From the NCBI GenBank assembly GCA_043821645.1, contig JBDRCO010000087.1:192001-256000 (forward strand): 64,000 nt of DNA, in the 5' to 3' direction. Source of the DNA: Pseudomonadota bacterium. GTDB taxonomy: Bacteria > Myxococcota > JACRCW01 > JAFGSX01. Below the pieces are notes generated by a model that saw nothing but the letters and a program-made list of their open reading frames with translations, searched no databases and had not been told where the DNA came from. Below are positions 9,892 through 19,196 of the stretch, piece after piece. Position 1 is the stretch's first letter; each line of letters starts with the position of its first letter. The translations under genes and the position numbers were made by a program.

Positions 9892-10104
9892 TTGACCAAG
9901 GTGACGGTTCGCGAAGGCGAGTCCGTGGAGCGCGCCATCAAGCGCTTCAAGCGGAAGGTGGAGCAGGCGGGAATCCTGAAGGAGGTCCGCAAGCGTGAGC
10001 ACTACCTCAAGCCGTCGGTGAAGTCGAAGCTGAAGCAGCGGGCTGCCGAGGCGCGCGCGCGCAAGCGCGAGAAGCGTCTGGCTCAGGCCACGGGACGCCT
10101 GTAG
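9892..10104 (+). CDS. rpsU: 30S ribosomal protein S21
   Basis: TTG start after AAGGAGG. Sequence [41 protein letters not shown]. Confidence 0.96.
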   Translation: MTKVTVREGESVERAIKRFKRKVEQAGILKEVRKREHYLKPSVKSKLKQRAAEARARKREKRLAQATGRL

Positions 10105-10210
10105 TGCGTCCGCGCCACTGCTGATCCAGCATCGCTCTCCACGGTCTCGTTATCGCAGCATGCGACGTGCGTCGGTTGTGACGCGATCTGTGAGCCTGGT
10201 GGCGCCGGGA

Positions 10211-11908
10211 ATGCGTCGCCATGCATGGCTGTGCGTCCTCCCGCTGCTGTGTGTCATCCCCCTGCCAGTCCACGCCCAGGACGACGACATCATCCAGATC
10301 CTGGACGAGGATGAGCCCCTGCCCGGGGCCTCCAGCGGCGAGGACCTGATCATCATCGAGGACGACGGGGACGGGCTTGCAGCCGCGAGCGCGACCTCGC
10401 AGCACATGCCTGCCCTTGCGATGCGCGGGATATTGCCCCTGGCCGCGGAGTACATCGCCGTGTCTGGCCTGGTGGTGGGACGTGGCGCCGCCCAGCTCAC
10501 CCTGAGCAGCGCTGGCGATCCCTGGCGTGGACTGGCCGAGGGGCGCTTTGGCGTGGACCTCAAGCCACGCAATCCGTGGCGCGCCCACGTCGATGCCTGG
10601 CTGCGCGGACAAGGCCGTGCCGCCCTGCCTGCTCGCGATGCCCTCGATGGAGTGACCCCTCGATTCGACGACCAGACCTTTGGCAGTGCCGCCCGGGCTG
10701 AGCTGGGCGAGGCCTACCTGGGCCTGCGCGTACCCAAGGGTTCGCTCACCGTGGGACGGCAGGTCTTCGCCTGGAGCCGCAGCGAGCTGGCTCGCCTGGG
10801 GGACGTGTTCAATCCACCGGATCAGCGGGCCGGACTGCTGTTCCCTGCGGCGGACGACGGTCGGTTGCCGGTGATGGCCGTCAGCGGCCGGGTGATCATC
10901 GACCGCATTGCTCTTAGCGCGGCCCTGGCGCCCTGGCTCGAGCTGCCGAGAGTGCCGTTTTTTGCCAGTGATGTCGCTGCCTTGCTTCCAACTCAGGGGG
11001 GCCTGGCCCTGGCCCCGGCGCCCGAGCTGCTGGGCTTGCCCCAGCTGGGGCGGGTGTACATGGATCAGCGCGAGGCCGTGATCGGACCGCGCCGCGACCT
11101 GTCGACGGCAGAGCTGGCCCTGCGCGTCACCGGATCCGCAGGTGGCGTGGATCTCGGGGCCCAGATCTTCGTGGGCTACGACCGCATGCCCGTGCTGCTT
11201 CTCGATCCGGGCATGGCGCGGGCCCTGGGTGTGGCCAATGACGGCGTGATCAACCAGGGGTTGCGGACCGCGCTTGGCGAGCTGTGTGCCCAGCCAAACC
11301 GGGCCGGTGGCTGCCTGGGGCTGGGGAGCCTGCTGGCTCTGGAGTACCAGCGCACGGTCGTGGGACAGATCGACGGCGCCACCACGGTGGGACCTGCGGT
11401 GCTCAAGATCGAGCTGGCCGCCGCTCCGCAGGGCGATCCCCTGCCGGGATCGGTGGTCCACGTGATCGACGAGCGCACCCGTGCCCTGTCGAGCACGCGT
11501 CTGACCCGCCTCGCCCTCGCCGTGGCCCTCGAGTCTGGCTATGGCGAGTGGGTGCAGGGTGGGCTCGAGCTCGTCGACACGGCCTATCTCAACGTGCCAC
11601 CGCAGGTGCGCGTGGCGCGGGTCGAGCCGGTGGACACCTCGGTGGACTACGAGCGCACCGTGCATCGCCTGGCCCTGGGGCTGGCCGTGCACGGCGCCCT
11701 GTTCGACCGCGATCTCCTGTGGCGGCTCAGCGCCCTCGCCTCACCCCTGCAGCGCGATTTCGCGGTGGCGCCGCGGGTGAGCTACAGCTGGCTGCTGGGC
11801 CAGCAACTGGCCCTGGGGGCCGAGCTGCTGGGGGGGCCGCCTGGAAGTCTCGGGGGTTTCTCTCATCGAGCCAGCCGGCTGTACGCGGAGTGGCGGCTGG
11901 AGTTCTAG
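10211..11908 (+). CDS. Putative outer-membrane beta-barrel protein (DUF1302-like)
   Basis: Signal peptide ending VHA-Q, ELGEAYL/VGRQVFAW strand motifs, C-terminal EWRLEF BAM-type signal. Start uncertain (10160 or 10211). Confidence 0.55.
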   Translation: MRRHAWLCVLPLLCVIPLPVHAQDDDIIQILDEDEPLPGASSGEDLIIIEDDGDGLAAASATSQHMPALAMRGILPLAAEYIAVSGLVVGRGAAQLTLSSAGDPWRGLAEGRFGVDLKPRNPWRAHVDAWLRGQGRAALPARDALDGVTPRFDDQTFGSAARAELGEAYLGLRVPKGSLTVGRQVFAWSRSELARLGDVFNPPDQRAGLLFPAADDGRLPVMAVSGRVIIDRIALSAALAPWLELPRVPFFASDVAALLPTQGGLALAPAPELLGLPQLGRVYMDQREAVIGPRRDLSTAELALRVTGSAGGVDLGAQIFVGYDRMPVLLLDPGMARALGVANDGVINQGLRTALGELCAQPNRAGGCLGLGSLLALEYQRTVVGQIDGATTVGPAVLKIELAAAPQGDPLPGSVVHVIDERTRALSSTRLTRLALAVALESGYGEWVQGGLELVDTAYLNVPPQVRVARVEPVDTSVDYERTVHRLALGLAVHGALFDRDLLWRLSALASPLQRDFAVAPRVSYSWLLGQQLALGAELLGGPPGSLGGFSHRASRLYAEWRLEF

Positions 11909-12958
11909 CTACTGAACCACCAGCCGACCTGCGGGATCGGCGACCACCTCACCGACCACGGCGGCGACAGTCACGCCCGCGGCGTGCAAGGCGTCGAGGG
12001 CGCGCGGTGCGTCGGAGGCAGACACAGCGGCGAGAAGGCCGCCCGAGGTCTGCGGGTCGTACAGCAGCGTCAGCCGGTGCGGGTCCACGCCATCGCGAAC
12101 GTCGACCATGCTCTCGCGATGGCGCCGGTTGCGGCCGAGACCGCCCGGCACCACCCCGGCGCGCGCACAGTCCAGGGCTCCGGGCAACAGCGGGATCGCG
12201 CCGCTGTCGAGGACAAAGCCCATGCTCTGCCCCTCGATCATCTCCGCCGCGTGACCGAGCAAGCCGAAGCCGGTGATGTCGGTCATGGCGTGCACGGCGT
12301 GGGTCGCCAGGACCTCGGCCGCGCTACGGTTGAGGGTGGCCATGGAGGCGACCGCCGCCGCGATGACCTCGGCACTGGTGGTCTGGCGTTTGAGGCCGGT
12401 GGTCACGACGCCAGTCCCCAGCGCCTTGGTCAGGAGCAGCAGGTCGCCCGGTCGCGCACCCTCCTTGCGCAGGATGTGCTGCGGGTGCACCCGCCCCGTC
12501 ACCGACAGGCCGAACTTGAGTTCCTTGTCGTTGACACTGTGGCCGCCGATCACCGCCACACCGGCTTCGACACAGACCTCGCCAGCACCGTGAAGGATCT
12601 CGCGCAGCACCTCCATGGGCAGGTCGTCGCGAGGGAAGCACACGATGTTGAGGGCGCACAGGGGCACTCCCCCCATGGCGTAGACGTCCGACAGGGCGTT
12701 GACCGCGGCGATGCGCCCGAACAAGGCGGGGTCGTCGACGATGGGCGTGAAGAAATCCAGGGTCTGCACCAGGGCCAGATCGTCGCTCAGACGATACACG
12801 CCCGCATCGTCGGCCCGGTTGAGGCCAACCAGCACGTCGGGGTGCGCGAGCGGCGAGAGGCCGCTCAGGGCCTGGGCCAGGTCCCCTGGCCCGAGCTTGG
12901 ACGCTCAACCCGCTCCGCAGACGGTCTCGGTCAAACGCTTTATGTGCTTCTCGGTCAT
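11909..12958 (-). CDS. selD: Selenide, water dikinase (selenophosphate synthetase), selenocysteine-containing
   Basis: ATG 12958 after AGGAG RBS reads MTEKHIKRLTETVCGAG-(TGA at 12907..12905)-ASKLGPGDL and continues in frame into DDAGVY, QTLDFFTPIVDD, NALSDVYAMGG, GGHS, TDITGFGLLGH, DPQTSGGLL. The TGA sits at the catalytic Cys/Sec of the G-U-x-x-K motif. Confidence 0.95.
12874..12892 (-). promoter_or_regulatory. Candidate bacterial SECIS hairpin
   Basis: mRNA GGGCCAGG-GGA-CCUGGCCC: a perfect 8-bp stem with a G-initiated apical loop, starting 12 nt after the in-frame UGA of selD. Confidence 0.75.
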
Positions 12959-13084
12959 CACGACTCCTGAGCGAGCTTTACCCCCCTCGTCGTCGCGGCG
13001 CAAGAGACCCGCACGGTGCGTTCGGCGGGGGGCAGGTCACGGAGCATGGTCAAGCAGCCGAGGTCCAGCTTATGATGGCTGCGC

Positions 13085-14857
13085 ATGTCCTCGCCGCCTG
13101 CGCCAGAACGCTTCGGGCGCTTCCACCTGCTGCATCGCATCGCGGTGGGTGGCATGGCCGAGGTCCACCTCGCGCACGATACTGCCGATCTCGATCCGCA
13201 CAGTCTGGTCGTGATCAAGAGACTGCGCAGCGAGCTGGAGAAGGACGAGGACTTCGTCCGCATGTTCCTCGACGAGAGCAGCGTGATCAGCCGCCTCGAT
13301 CATGTCGGCATCATCCAGGTGCTCGAGTACGGTGCCGTCGACGGTCACCACTTCATCGCCTTGGAGCATGTCTGGGGCGAGTCCCTGGCCACGCTCACCA
13401 CGTTGTGCACTCGCCAGCGTATCCGCTTCCCGCTGGGGGCGGCGCTGTACATCGGCGCCGAGACCGCCGAGGCCCTGCATCACGCTCACAACCTGTGTGA
13501 CGAGTTTGGCCTGTCGTCGCCGGTCATTCATCGCGACGTGACCCTGGGAAACGTCATGGTGGCCTACGACGGCACGGTCAAGGTGCTGGATTTTGGCATC
13601 GCCAAGGCCGACGAGCGGCTGGCACACACGCGGGTCGGGCAGATCAAGGGAACCCTGGTGTACCTGGCCCCGGAGCAGGTGCGTGGCGCGCCGGTGTCGC
13701 CTGCCACCGACGTGTACCAGCTGGGTGTGCTGCTGTACAAAACACTGGTCGGGTGTGAGCCCTTCACGGGGCGTAGTGAGATCGAGGTGATGGAGGCCAT
13801 CATCGCCGGCCATGTGCTGCGCCCCACGCAGGTGATCAAGGGCTTCCCGCCAGCCATCGAGGCCCTCGTGCTCAAGGCCATGGCGCGTCGGGAGAGCCAG
13901 CGCTTTGGTTCCATGGCTCAGCTCTCGCAGATCCTGCGCTCGCTGCTGGGCTCCGCCTTCGAGGATGGGAGCCAGCGCCTGTCGCGCATCGTCGCGCGCA
14001 TCACCGGCGATCGGGCCGAGCGCCAGCTCGGATATATCCGGGGGCGTCTCGATGGCCTCGACGTGGACCACCTCGACGGCGAGATGATTCGCTGGGGAAA
14101 TATCGACGAGGAGCCGCGGACCCTGGCCGTGGAACTCTCTGCCATCCTCGAGGTCGGCGACGCGTCGGAGCCGGGAGACGGCGACACCCAGGTCACGGAG
14201 CGCGACAGCCTGGGGCTGGACGCGGTCGACGACGACGAAGAGCGGGACGGTCGGACCCTGGCCGAGGCCCTGCGCACCGAGGTGGTGCAGCGCGCGGACG
14301 TGCTGGACGTGCTCGCGTCAGGCCCTTCCACCCTGGCCACCGTTCTTCCCCGGGACGAGGGACAGTCGGCGCTGGCTGACGACGTGTTCGTAAGAGCCCT
14401 GGACCGCGAGGCACCGTCGCTGAGTGACGTGTTTCGCTCGGATGCGCTGCTGGTGCACGTGACCCGGCCCGATCTTCCGGACTTCTTTCGTCTCCTCGAG
14501 GCCGAGGGCCAGATGGCCGATGCCGGGCTGTTCGAGGACGAGCCTCCACCGACCGTGCCGCTGAGTGACCTGCTGCCCGGCGCGTTGCCGACCGCCAGTG
14601 TCGGGACGACCCGTGCGGACAAGCCCGTTGCCCTGGACCAGGATGCCGTACCGGCGGGCAACCCAAGCCTCGGCGGGATCTCTCACGAGACCGAGCGGGA
14701 GACCCGGGTTGACCTTGCCACGCCCAGACCGCAGGCCACACCTCTGGTCGCGCAGGCCGCGCCCTTGGCTGCGCCGGCCGCAGCGGATGAGGATGACGTG
14801 TTCCAGCCCACGGATGATCTCGACTTCGACATCGACGTCGCCGACGACGAGGACTGA
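13085..14857 (+). CDS. Eukaryotic-like Ser/Thr protein kinase with acidic low-complexity C-terminus
   Basis: GGMAEV, VVIKR, HRDVTLGN, DFGIAK, YLAPE, DVYQLG. No obvious transmembrane helix. Confidence 0.92.
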   Translation: MSSPPAPERFGRFHLLHRIAVGGMAEVHLAHDTADLDPHSLVVIKRLRSELEKDEDFVRMFLDESSVISRLDHVGIIQVLEYGAVDGHHFIALEHVWGESLATLTTLCTRQRIRFPLGAALYIGAETAEALHHAHNLCDEFGLSSPVIHRDVTLGNVMVAYDGTVKVLDFGIAKADERLAHTRVGQIKGTLVYLAPEQVRGAPVSPATDVYQLGVLLYKTLVGCEPFTGRSEIEVMEAIIAGHVLRPTQVIKGFPPAIEALVLKAMARRESQRFGSMAQLSQILRSLLGSAFEDGSQRLSRIVARITGDRAERQLGYIRGRLDGLDVDHLDGEMIRWGNIDEEPRTLAVELSAILEVGDASEPGDGDTQVTERDSLGLDAVDDDEERDGRTLAEALRTEVVQRADVLDVLASGPSTLATVLPRDEGQSALADDVFVRALDREAPSLSDVFRSDALLVHVTRPDLPDFFRLLEAEGQMADAGLFEDEPPPTVPLSDLLPGALPTASVGTTRADKPVALDQDAVPAGNPSLGGISHETERETRVDLATPRPQATPLVAQAAPLAAPAAADEDDVFQPTDDLDFDIDVADDED

Positions 14858-14946
14858 GGAGGCCGGGCGCTCGCACGCAGGCCTTTTCAGCAGCGGGGCG
14901 GCCGTGTAGGCTGGGCCACCATCGAAGCAGACACAGGGGAGGAACC

Positions 14947-15339
14947 GTGGCGACGAGCGATACGATCGAAGGCTTTCTCGCGGACCTGGGTCTGACCTAC
15001 AAGCGGATCCAGCCCAACATGTGGATGGTCGAGGACGCGTCCCGCAGCGTCCGCAACATCGTGGTGCACCTCGATGATCCCGTGGTGGTGTTCCGGGTCA
15101 AGCTGCTGGACCTGCCCCCCCAGGGCCGTCACGAGAGCTTGTTTCGCGAGCTGCTGCAGCTCAATGCCACCGAGATGGTCCAGGGTGCCTACGGCCTCGA
15201 AGGAACGTCGGTGGTGGTGGTCGACTCGCTGCAGGCCGAGAATCTGGACCAGAACGAGCTGCAGGGCTCGATCGACGCGCTGGCGCTGGCAGTGACCACG
15301 CACCTGCCGCGCCTGGCTCGCCACCTCGAATCCCACTAG
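14947..15339 (+). CDS. CesT/YbjN-like type III chaperone-fold protein
   Basis: 130 aa, acidic, with LFRELLQLNATEMVQGAYGL motif. Lies directly upstream of pspA. Confidence 0.7.
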   Translation: MATSDTIEGFLADLGLTYKRIQPNMWMVEDASRSVRNIVVHLDDPVVVFRVKLLDLPPQGRHESLFRELLQLNATEMVQGAYGLEGTSVVVVDSLQAENLDQNELQGSIDALALAVTTHLPRLARHLESH

Positions 15340-15360
15340 GATCGTCGCCGGAGGCCCCGC

Positions 15361-16143
15361 ATGACCATCTTCAACCGCATCGGCACCGTCGTGAAGTCCA
15401 ACGTCAACTCCATGATCACGGATCTGGAGGAACCCGAGAAGATGCTCACCCAGGCGCTGCTCGACATGCAGCAGCAACTGGTCGAGTCCAAGAAGCAGGT
15501 GGCCCTGGCCATCGCTGACGAGAAGAGGCTGGCGAAGCAGCTCGAGAACGAGAGGGCACAGTCGGCCGAGTGGGAGCGCAAGGCCATGCTGGCGGTCAAG
15601 GCGGGCAACGACGAGCTGGCCAAGGAAGCGCTCATGCGCAAGCAGGAGCACGACAAGCTGACCGCCGGCTTCCAGGAGCAGTGGACGGGCCAGAAGGCCG
15701 CGGTGGATCAGCTCAAGAGCTCGCTGACCCAGCTCAACAACAAGATCGAGGACGCCAAGCGCAAGAAGAACCTGCTCATCGCCCGCGCCAAGCGTGCCGA
15801 GGCCCAGAAGACCATCGCCAACACCATGTCGGGCATGCAGGAGAACTCGGCCTTCGACAACATGCAGCGGATGGAGGAGAAGATCGACAAGCTCGAGGCC
15901 GAGGCCAAGGCCACCTTCGAGCTGGCCAGCGATTTCTCCGGCGACACCCTCGACAAGAAATTTGCTGCCCTCGAGACGGTGGAGGCCGACGATGCCCTTG
16001 CCGCCCTCAAGGCCAAGATGGGCATGCAGACCGCAGCCGCCATTCCCGAGGCCACGGCCCAGGCCAGCCAGAGCACGGTCCAGTCCGAGGTGCAGTCCGA
16101 GGTCGAGGCCACGGTGGGCAGCAAGGGCAGCGCCGAGGGCTGA
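15361..16143 (+). CDS. pspA: PspA/IM30 (phage shock protein A) family protein
   Basis: MTIFNRIGTVVKSNVNSMITDLEEPEKMLTQ, long coiled coil, AFDNMQRMEEKIDKLEAEA, ALAALKAKM. Confidence 0.92.
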   Translation: MTIFNRIGTVVKSNVNSMITDLEEPEKMLTQALLDMQQQLVESKKQVALAIADEKRLAKQLENERAQSAEWERKAMLAVKAGNDELAKEALMRKQEHDKLTAGFQEQWTGQKAAVDQLKSSLTQLNNKIEDAKRKKNLLIARAKRAEAQKTIANTMSGMQENSAFDNMQRMEEKIDKLEAEAKATFELASDFSGDTLDKKFAALETVEADDALAALKAKMGMQTAAAIPEATAQASQSTVQSEVQSEVEATVGSKGSAEG

Positions 16144-16167
16144 ATCCGCCTGATGCCCCAGGGGCTT

Positions 16168-16476
16168 TCAATTCAGCGAGACCGGTGGATCCCCGCTGCC
16201 GGCCGCCACCTCGATCGCGCCGAACCTCGCCTCGTACTTCTCGACGTTGTCCTTGAGCGCCATGAGCAGGCGCTTGGTGTGGCGCGGGCTGGTGATGAGG
16301 CGCGTCCGCACCTTGGCGCGCGGTTGTTGCGGCTGCACGTAGATGAAGTCGAGCACGAACTCGGTCTCGGTGTGGTTGACCATGGCCAGGTTGGTGTAGA
16401 TGCCCTGGGCCACATCGTCGTCGAGCTGGATGTGCAGCTGGTTGTCTGGCTTGCGCTTGGGATCGGGGTCGGCCAT
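16168..16476 (-). CDS. DUF3467 domain protein
   Basis: LDDDVAQGIYTNLAMVNHTETEFVLDFIYVQP...RLITSPRHTKRLLMALKDNVEKYEARFG. Confidence 0.8.
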   Translation of the reverse strand: MADPDPKRKPDNQLHIQLDDDVAQGIYTNLAMVNHTETEFVLDFIYVQPQQPRAKVRTRLITSPRHTKRLLMALKDNVEKYEARFGAIEVAAGSGDPPVSLN

Positions 16477-16593
16477 GCGAATCTCCTCCGTCAGGAATGC
16501 CTGGGACCGGTTGCGCACACCATAGCAAGTCCCTGGCCGGGAGGCAGCCGCGCGTATTGACGACGGTTTTGCGGCTCTGTAGGGTCCGCGTCC

Positions 16594-17172
16594 GTGCGTG
16601 GAACTGGACCCAATGCCGAGCGCTCATCGCGAGGACGCGCGCTGTTGCTGCTCGATCTCACCTGCGACCGCCTGCATACCGACGGCGCGTGGCCCGTGCC
16701 ATCGGCGGTGGCCATGCGTCGATATGTCCTGGGCGAGCTGGGCTATTTCCGACAACGGGGACGTCCGGTCTTTCATGTCCTCACCCGTGGCGCGGCCGGC
16801 GAGGGTGGCGTGAACGCCGAGGTGCCGCCGCACCACCTCGCGGGGACCCCGGGCGCAGAGTTCGACGAGGCCTTCGCGCCCCGGGCCGGAGAGCAGGTCA
16901 TCGAGAAGCAGCTCGACAGCGCCTTCGCCGGGACCGATCTCGCCGCCCAGCTCGCGGCCCTGGACGTGGCACAACTGACCCTGGTCGGCGTCGAGACTCA
17001 CGCTGGCATCCTGGCCACCTTCGTCGATGCCGCGGGCCAAGGCTTTCACGTCATCGTGCCCGATACCTGCGTGGCCTCGTCGCAGCCGGCCCTGCACGAA
17101 TCTGCGCTGCGCCTCATCCGGGAGACGCGCTGGCTGCGTGGCCGCAGCGAGCCTCCCGGTACCGGACACTGA
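16594..17172 (+). CDS. Isochorismatase/cysteine hydrolase family protein (Gly at usual Cys nucleophile)
   Basis: ALLLLDL, PPHHLAGTPGAEF, VIEKQLDSAFAGTDL, VGVETHAGILAT. Start uncertain. Confidence 0.75.
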   Translation: MRGTGPNAERSSRGRALLLLDLTCDRLHTDGAWPVPSAVAMRRYVLGELGYFRQRGRPVFHVLTRGAAGEGGVNAEVPPHHLAGTPGAEFDEAFAPRAGEQVIEKQLDSAFAGTDLAAQLAALDVAQLTLVGVETHAGILATFVDAAGQGFHVIVPDTCVASSQPALHESALRLIRETRWLRGRSEPPGTGH

Positions 17173-17306
17173 CCCGAGCACGGACGCCAGGTCTTCACCC
17201 GGGGGCGTTTCGCCGGTGACACGTCCCGGGTGCGACGGTATATAGGCGCCGCAGTGTGCCGCCGAGCCTGCAAAGGGTGCGCGGCGCGAGAGCAGCGAGG
17301 CGATTC

Positions 17307-17846
17307 ATGAGCCAGCAGCAGGATCCTTCCAGCGGCGTCCTCCCTGCCGCCTACCAGCATGATCCCGGCGACAATGCGGGCATCCTGTTGACGCGGGTCG
17401 AGGATTTCATCAACTGGACGCGCAAGAACTCGATCTGGTACCTGCTCTTCGCCACGGCCTGCTGTGGCATCGAGCTGATGCAGACTGGCGGACCCCGCGC
17501 CGATGTGGATCGCTTCGGAATGATCCCGCGCTCGACGCCACGCCAGGCTGACCTGATGATCGTGGCGGGAACCATCACCTACAAGATGGCAGAGCGGACA
17601 CGCCTGCTGTACGACCAGATGCCCGAGCCCAAGTACGTCGTCAGCATGGGCTCCTGTGCCAACTGCGGCGGCCTGTTCGCCCATGGCTACTCGGTGCTCA
17701 AGGGCATCGACCAGGTCCTTCCCGTCGACGTTTACATCCCTGGTTGTCCCCCGCGCCCCGAAGCCCTGACCGAGGGCATGATGCAGATCCAGCGCAAGAT
17801 GGAGCGCGAGCGCTGGTTTGGTGGTCGCCTGCAGCACGCGGACTGA
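17307..17846 (+). CDS. nuoB: NADH-quinone oxidoreductase subunit B
   Basis: ACCGIE, PRQADLMIVAGT, QMPEPKYVVSMGSCA, PVDVYIPGCPPRPEAL. Confidence 0.95.
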   Translation: MSQQQDPSSGVLPAAYQHDPGDNAGILLTRVEDFINWTRKNSIWYLLFATACCGIELMQTGGPRADVDRFGMIPRSTPRQADLMIVAGTITYKMAERTRLLYDQMPEPKYVVSMGSCANCGGLFAHGYSVLKGIDQVLPVDVYIPGCPPRPEALTEGMMQIQRKMERERWFGGRLQHAD

Positions 17847-17850
17847 GGGT

Positions 17851-19092
17851 GTGACCGGCACCCCGCCGCTCGGCCTCTACGTCCACGTCCCGTATTGCCG
17901 CAGCCTGTGTCCCTACTGCGATTTCTACTCGCTGGCGCGAGATCCCGACGCGGGCTTCGCGGAAGCTCTGACCGTGGAACTCTCGGCGCGCCTTGACGAG
18001 GTGCAGGGCCTGCGCCCGGCCGCAACCGTCTACCACGGCGGCGGCACACCCAGCCTGCTGGCTCCCCGGGAGCTTGGCCGCTGGCTCGAATCTGTGGCGC
18101 GTCACCCTGGCCTGGTTGGCGATGCCGAGATCACCCTCGAGGCCAACCCCGGCGACCTCGACGAGGCGACAGCACGTGCTCTGGTGTCGGCGGGCATCAA
18201 CCGGCTCTCCCTCGGCGTACAGTCCCTGGACGATCGCTGGCTGCGTGTCCTGGGCCGGCGACACGATGCGGCCACGGTGCAGCAGGCGGTGCTGGCGGCG
18301 CGCAGGGCTGGAATCAGCAACCTGGGTGTCGACGTCATCCTCGCCGTGCCAGGTCAGCAGATCGACGACAGCGCCCGCGACGTCGAGGCGGTGATCGGAC
18401 TCGGTGCCGAGCACGTGTCTGCCTACCTGTTGACCATCGAGCCAGAGACGCCGTTGGGGCAGCAGGTGGCCCAGGGCACGACGCAGCCCGTCGACGAGGA
18501 TCTGGCAGCGGATATGCTCGAGCTGGCCTGCGCCAGGCTGCAGGCCGCGGGCTACCAGCGCTACGAGATCTCAAACCACGCGCGTTCGGGGCGCGCCTCG
18601 CGACACAACCGGCTGTACTGGTCCGGAGGCGAGATCCTGGGCTTGGGACCCGGAGCGCACAGCTACCTGTGGCCTGGCCCCGGCGCACGGCGTCGCAGCA
18701 ACCCCGATGCCCTGGAAGCCTGGCTGCGGCGCTGGCGAGACGGCGATCCAGCCGCGTTATCGGGCCTCGCGTGCGTGGACGAGGTGCTGGGGCCTGCCGA
18801 GGGCCTGCTCGAACGCCTGTTCCTGGGACTGCGCGACCTCGAGCGCGGTGTGGACCTGGAGGCCTTGCAGCGCGTGTACGGGATCCTGTCCTGGCCCACG
18901 CTGCACGCGACCTTAGAACACTTGCGCGAGGACACCCTGCTGCTTTGCGACCGCACCGGCCGCTGGATTCTGAGTGCGCGCGGGCAGGCTCTCGCCGACG
19001 CTGTGGCGCGATCCGTCCTCGCCATCGAGACAGGCGACAGCGTCTTGTCAGGTGTGCGGAGCTGTGAAATGGTCAGCCCTGGCGACGAGTGA
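17851..19092 (+). CDS. hemW: Radical SAM heme chaperone HemW (HemN-like)
   Basis: YVHVPYCRSLCPYCDF, GGGTPS, EITLEANP, RLSLGVQS, YEISN, HNRLYW, GLGPGAHS. Lies upstream of grpE-dnaK. Confidence 0.9.
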   Translation: MTGTPPLGLYVHVPYCRSLCPYCDFYSLARDPDAGFAEALTVELSARLDEVQGLRPAATVYHGGGTPSLLAPRELGRWLESVARHPGLVGDAEITLEANPGDLDEATARALVSAGINRLSLGVQSLDDRWLRVLGRRHDAATVQQAVLAARRAGISNLGVDVILAVPGQQIDDSARDVEAVIGLGAEHVSAYLLTIEPETPLGQQVAQGTTQPVDEDLAADMLELACARLQAAGYQRYEISNHARSGRASRHNRLYWSGGEILGLGPGAHSYLWPGPGARRRSNPDALEAWLRRWRDGDPAALSGLACVDEVLGPAEGLLERLFLGLRDLERGVDLEALQRVYGILSWPTLHATLEHLREDTLLLCDRTGRWILSARGQALADAVARSVLAIETGDSVLSGVRSCEMVSPGDE

Positions 19093-19196
19093 CAAGACAC
19101 ACGTGCCTGGGTGAGACCCTGTCTGGGGCGTGTCCCTGGCTCCGTGAGACATGATCGTGGCGATGAGTAGCCGCAACCAGGAGGGCAGCGCACGCT

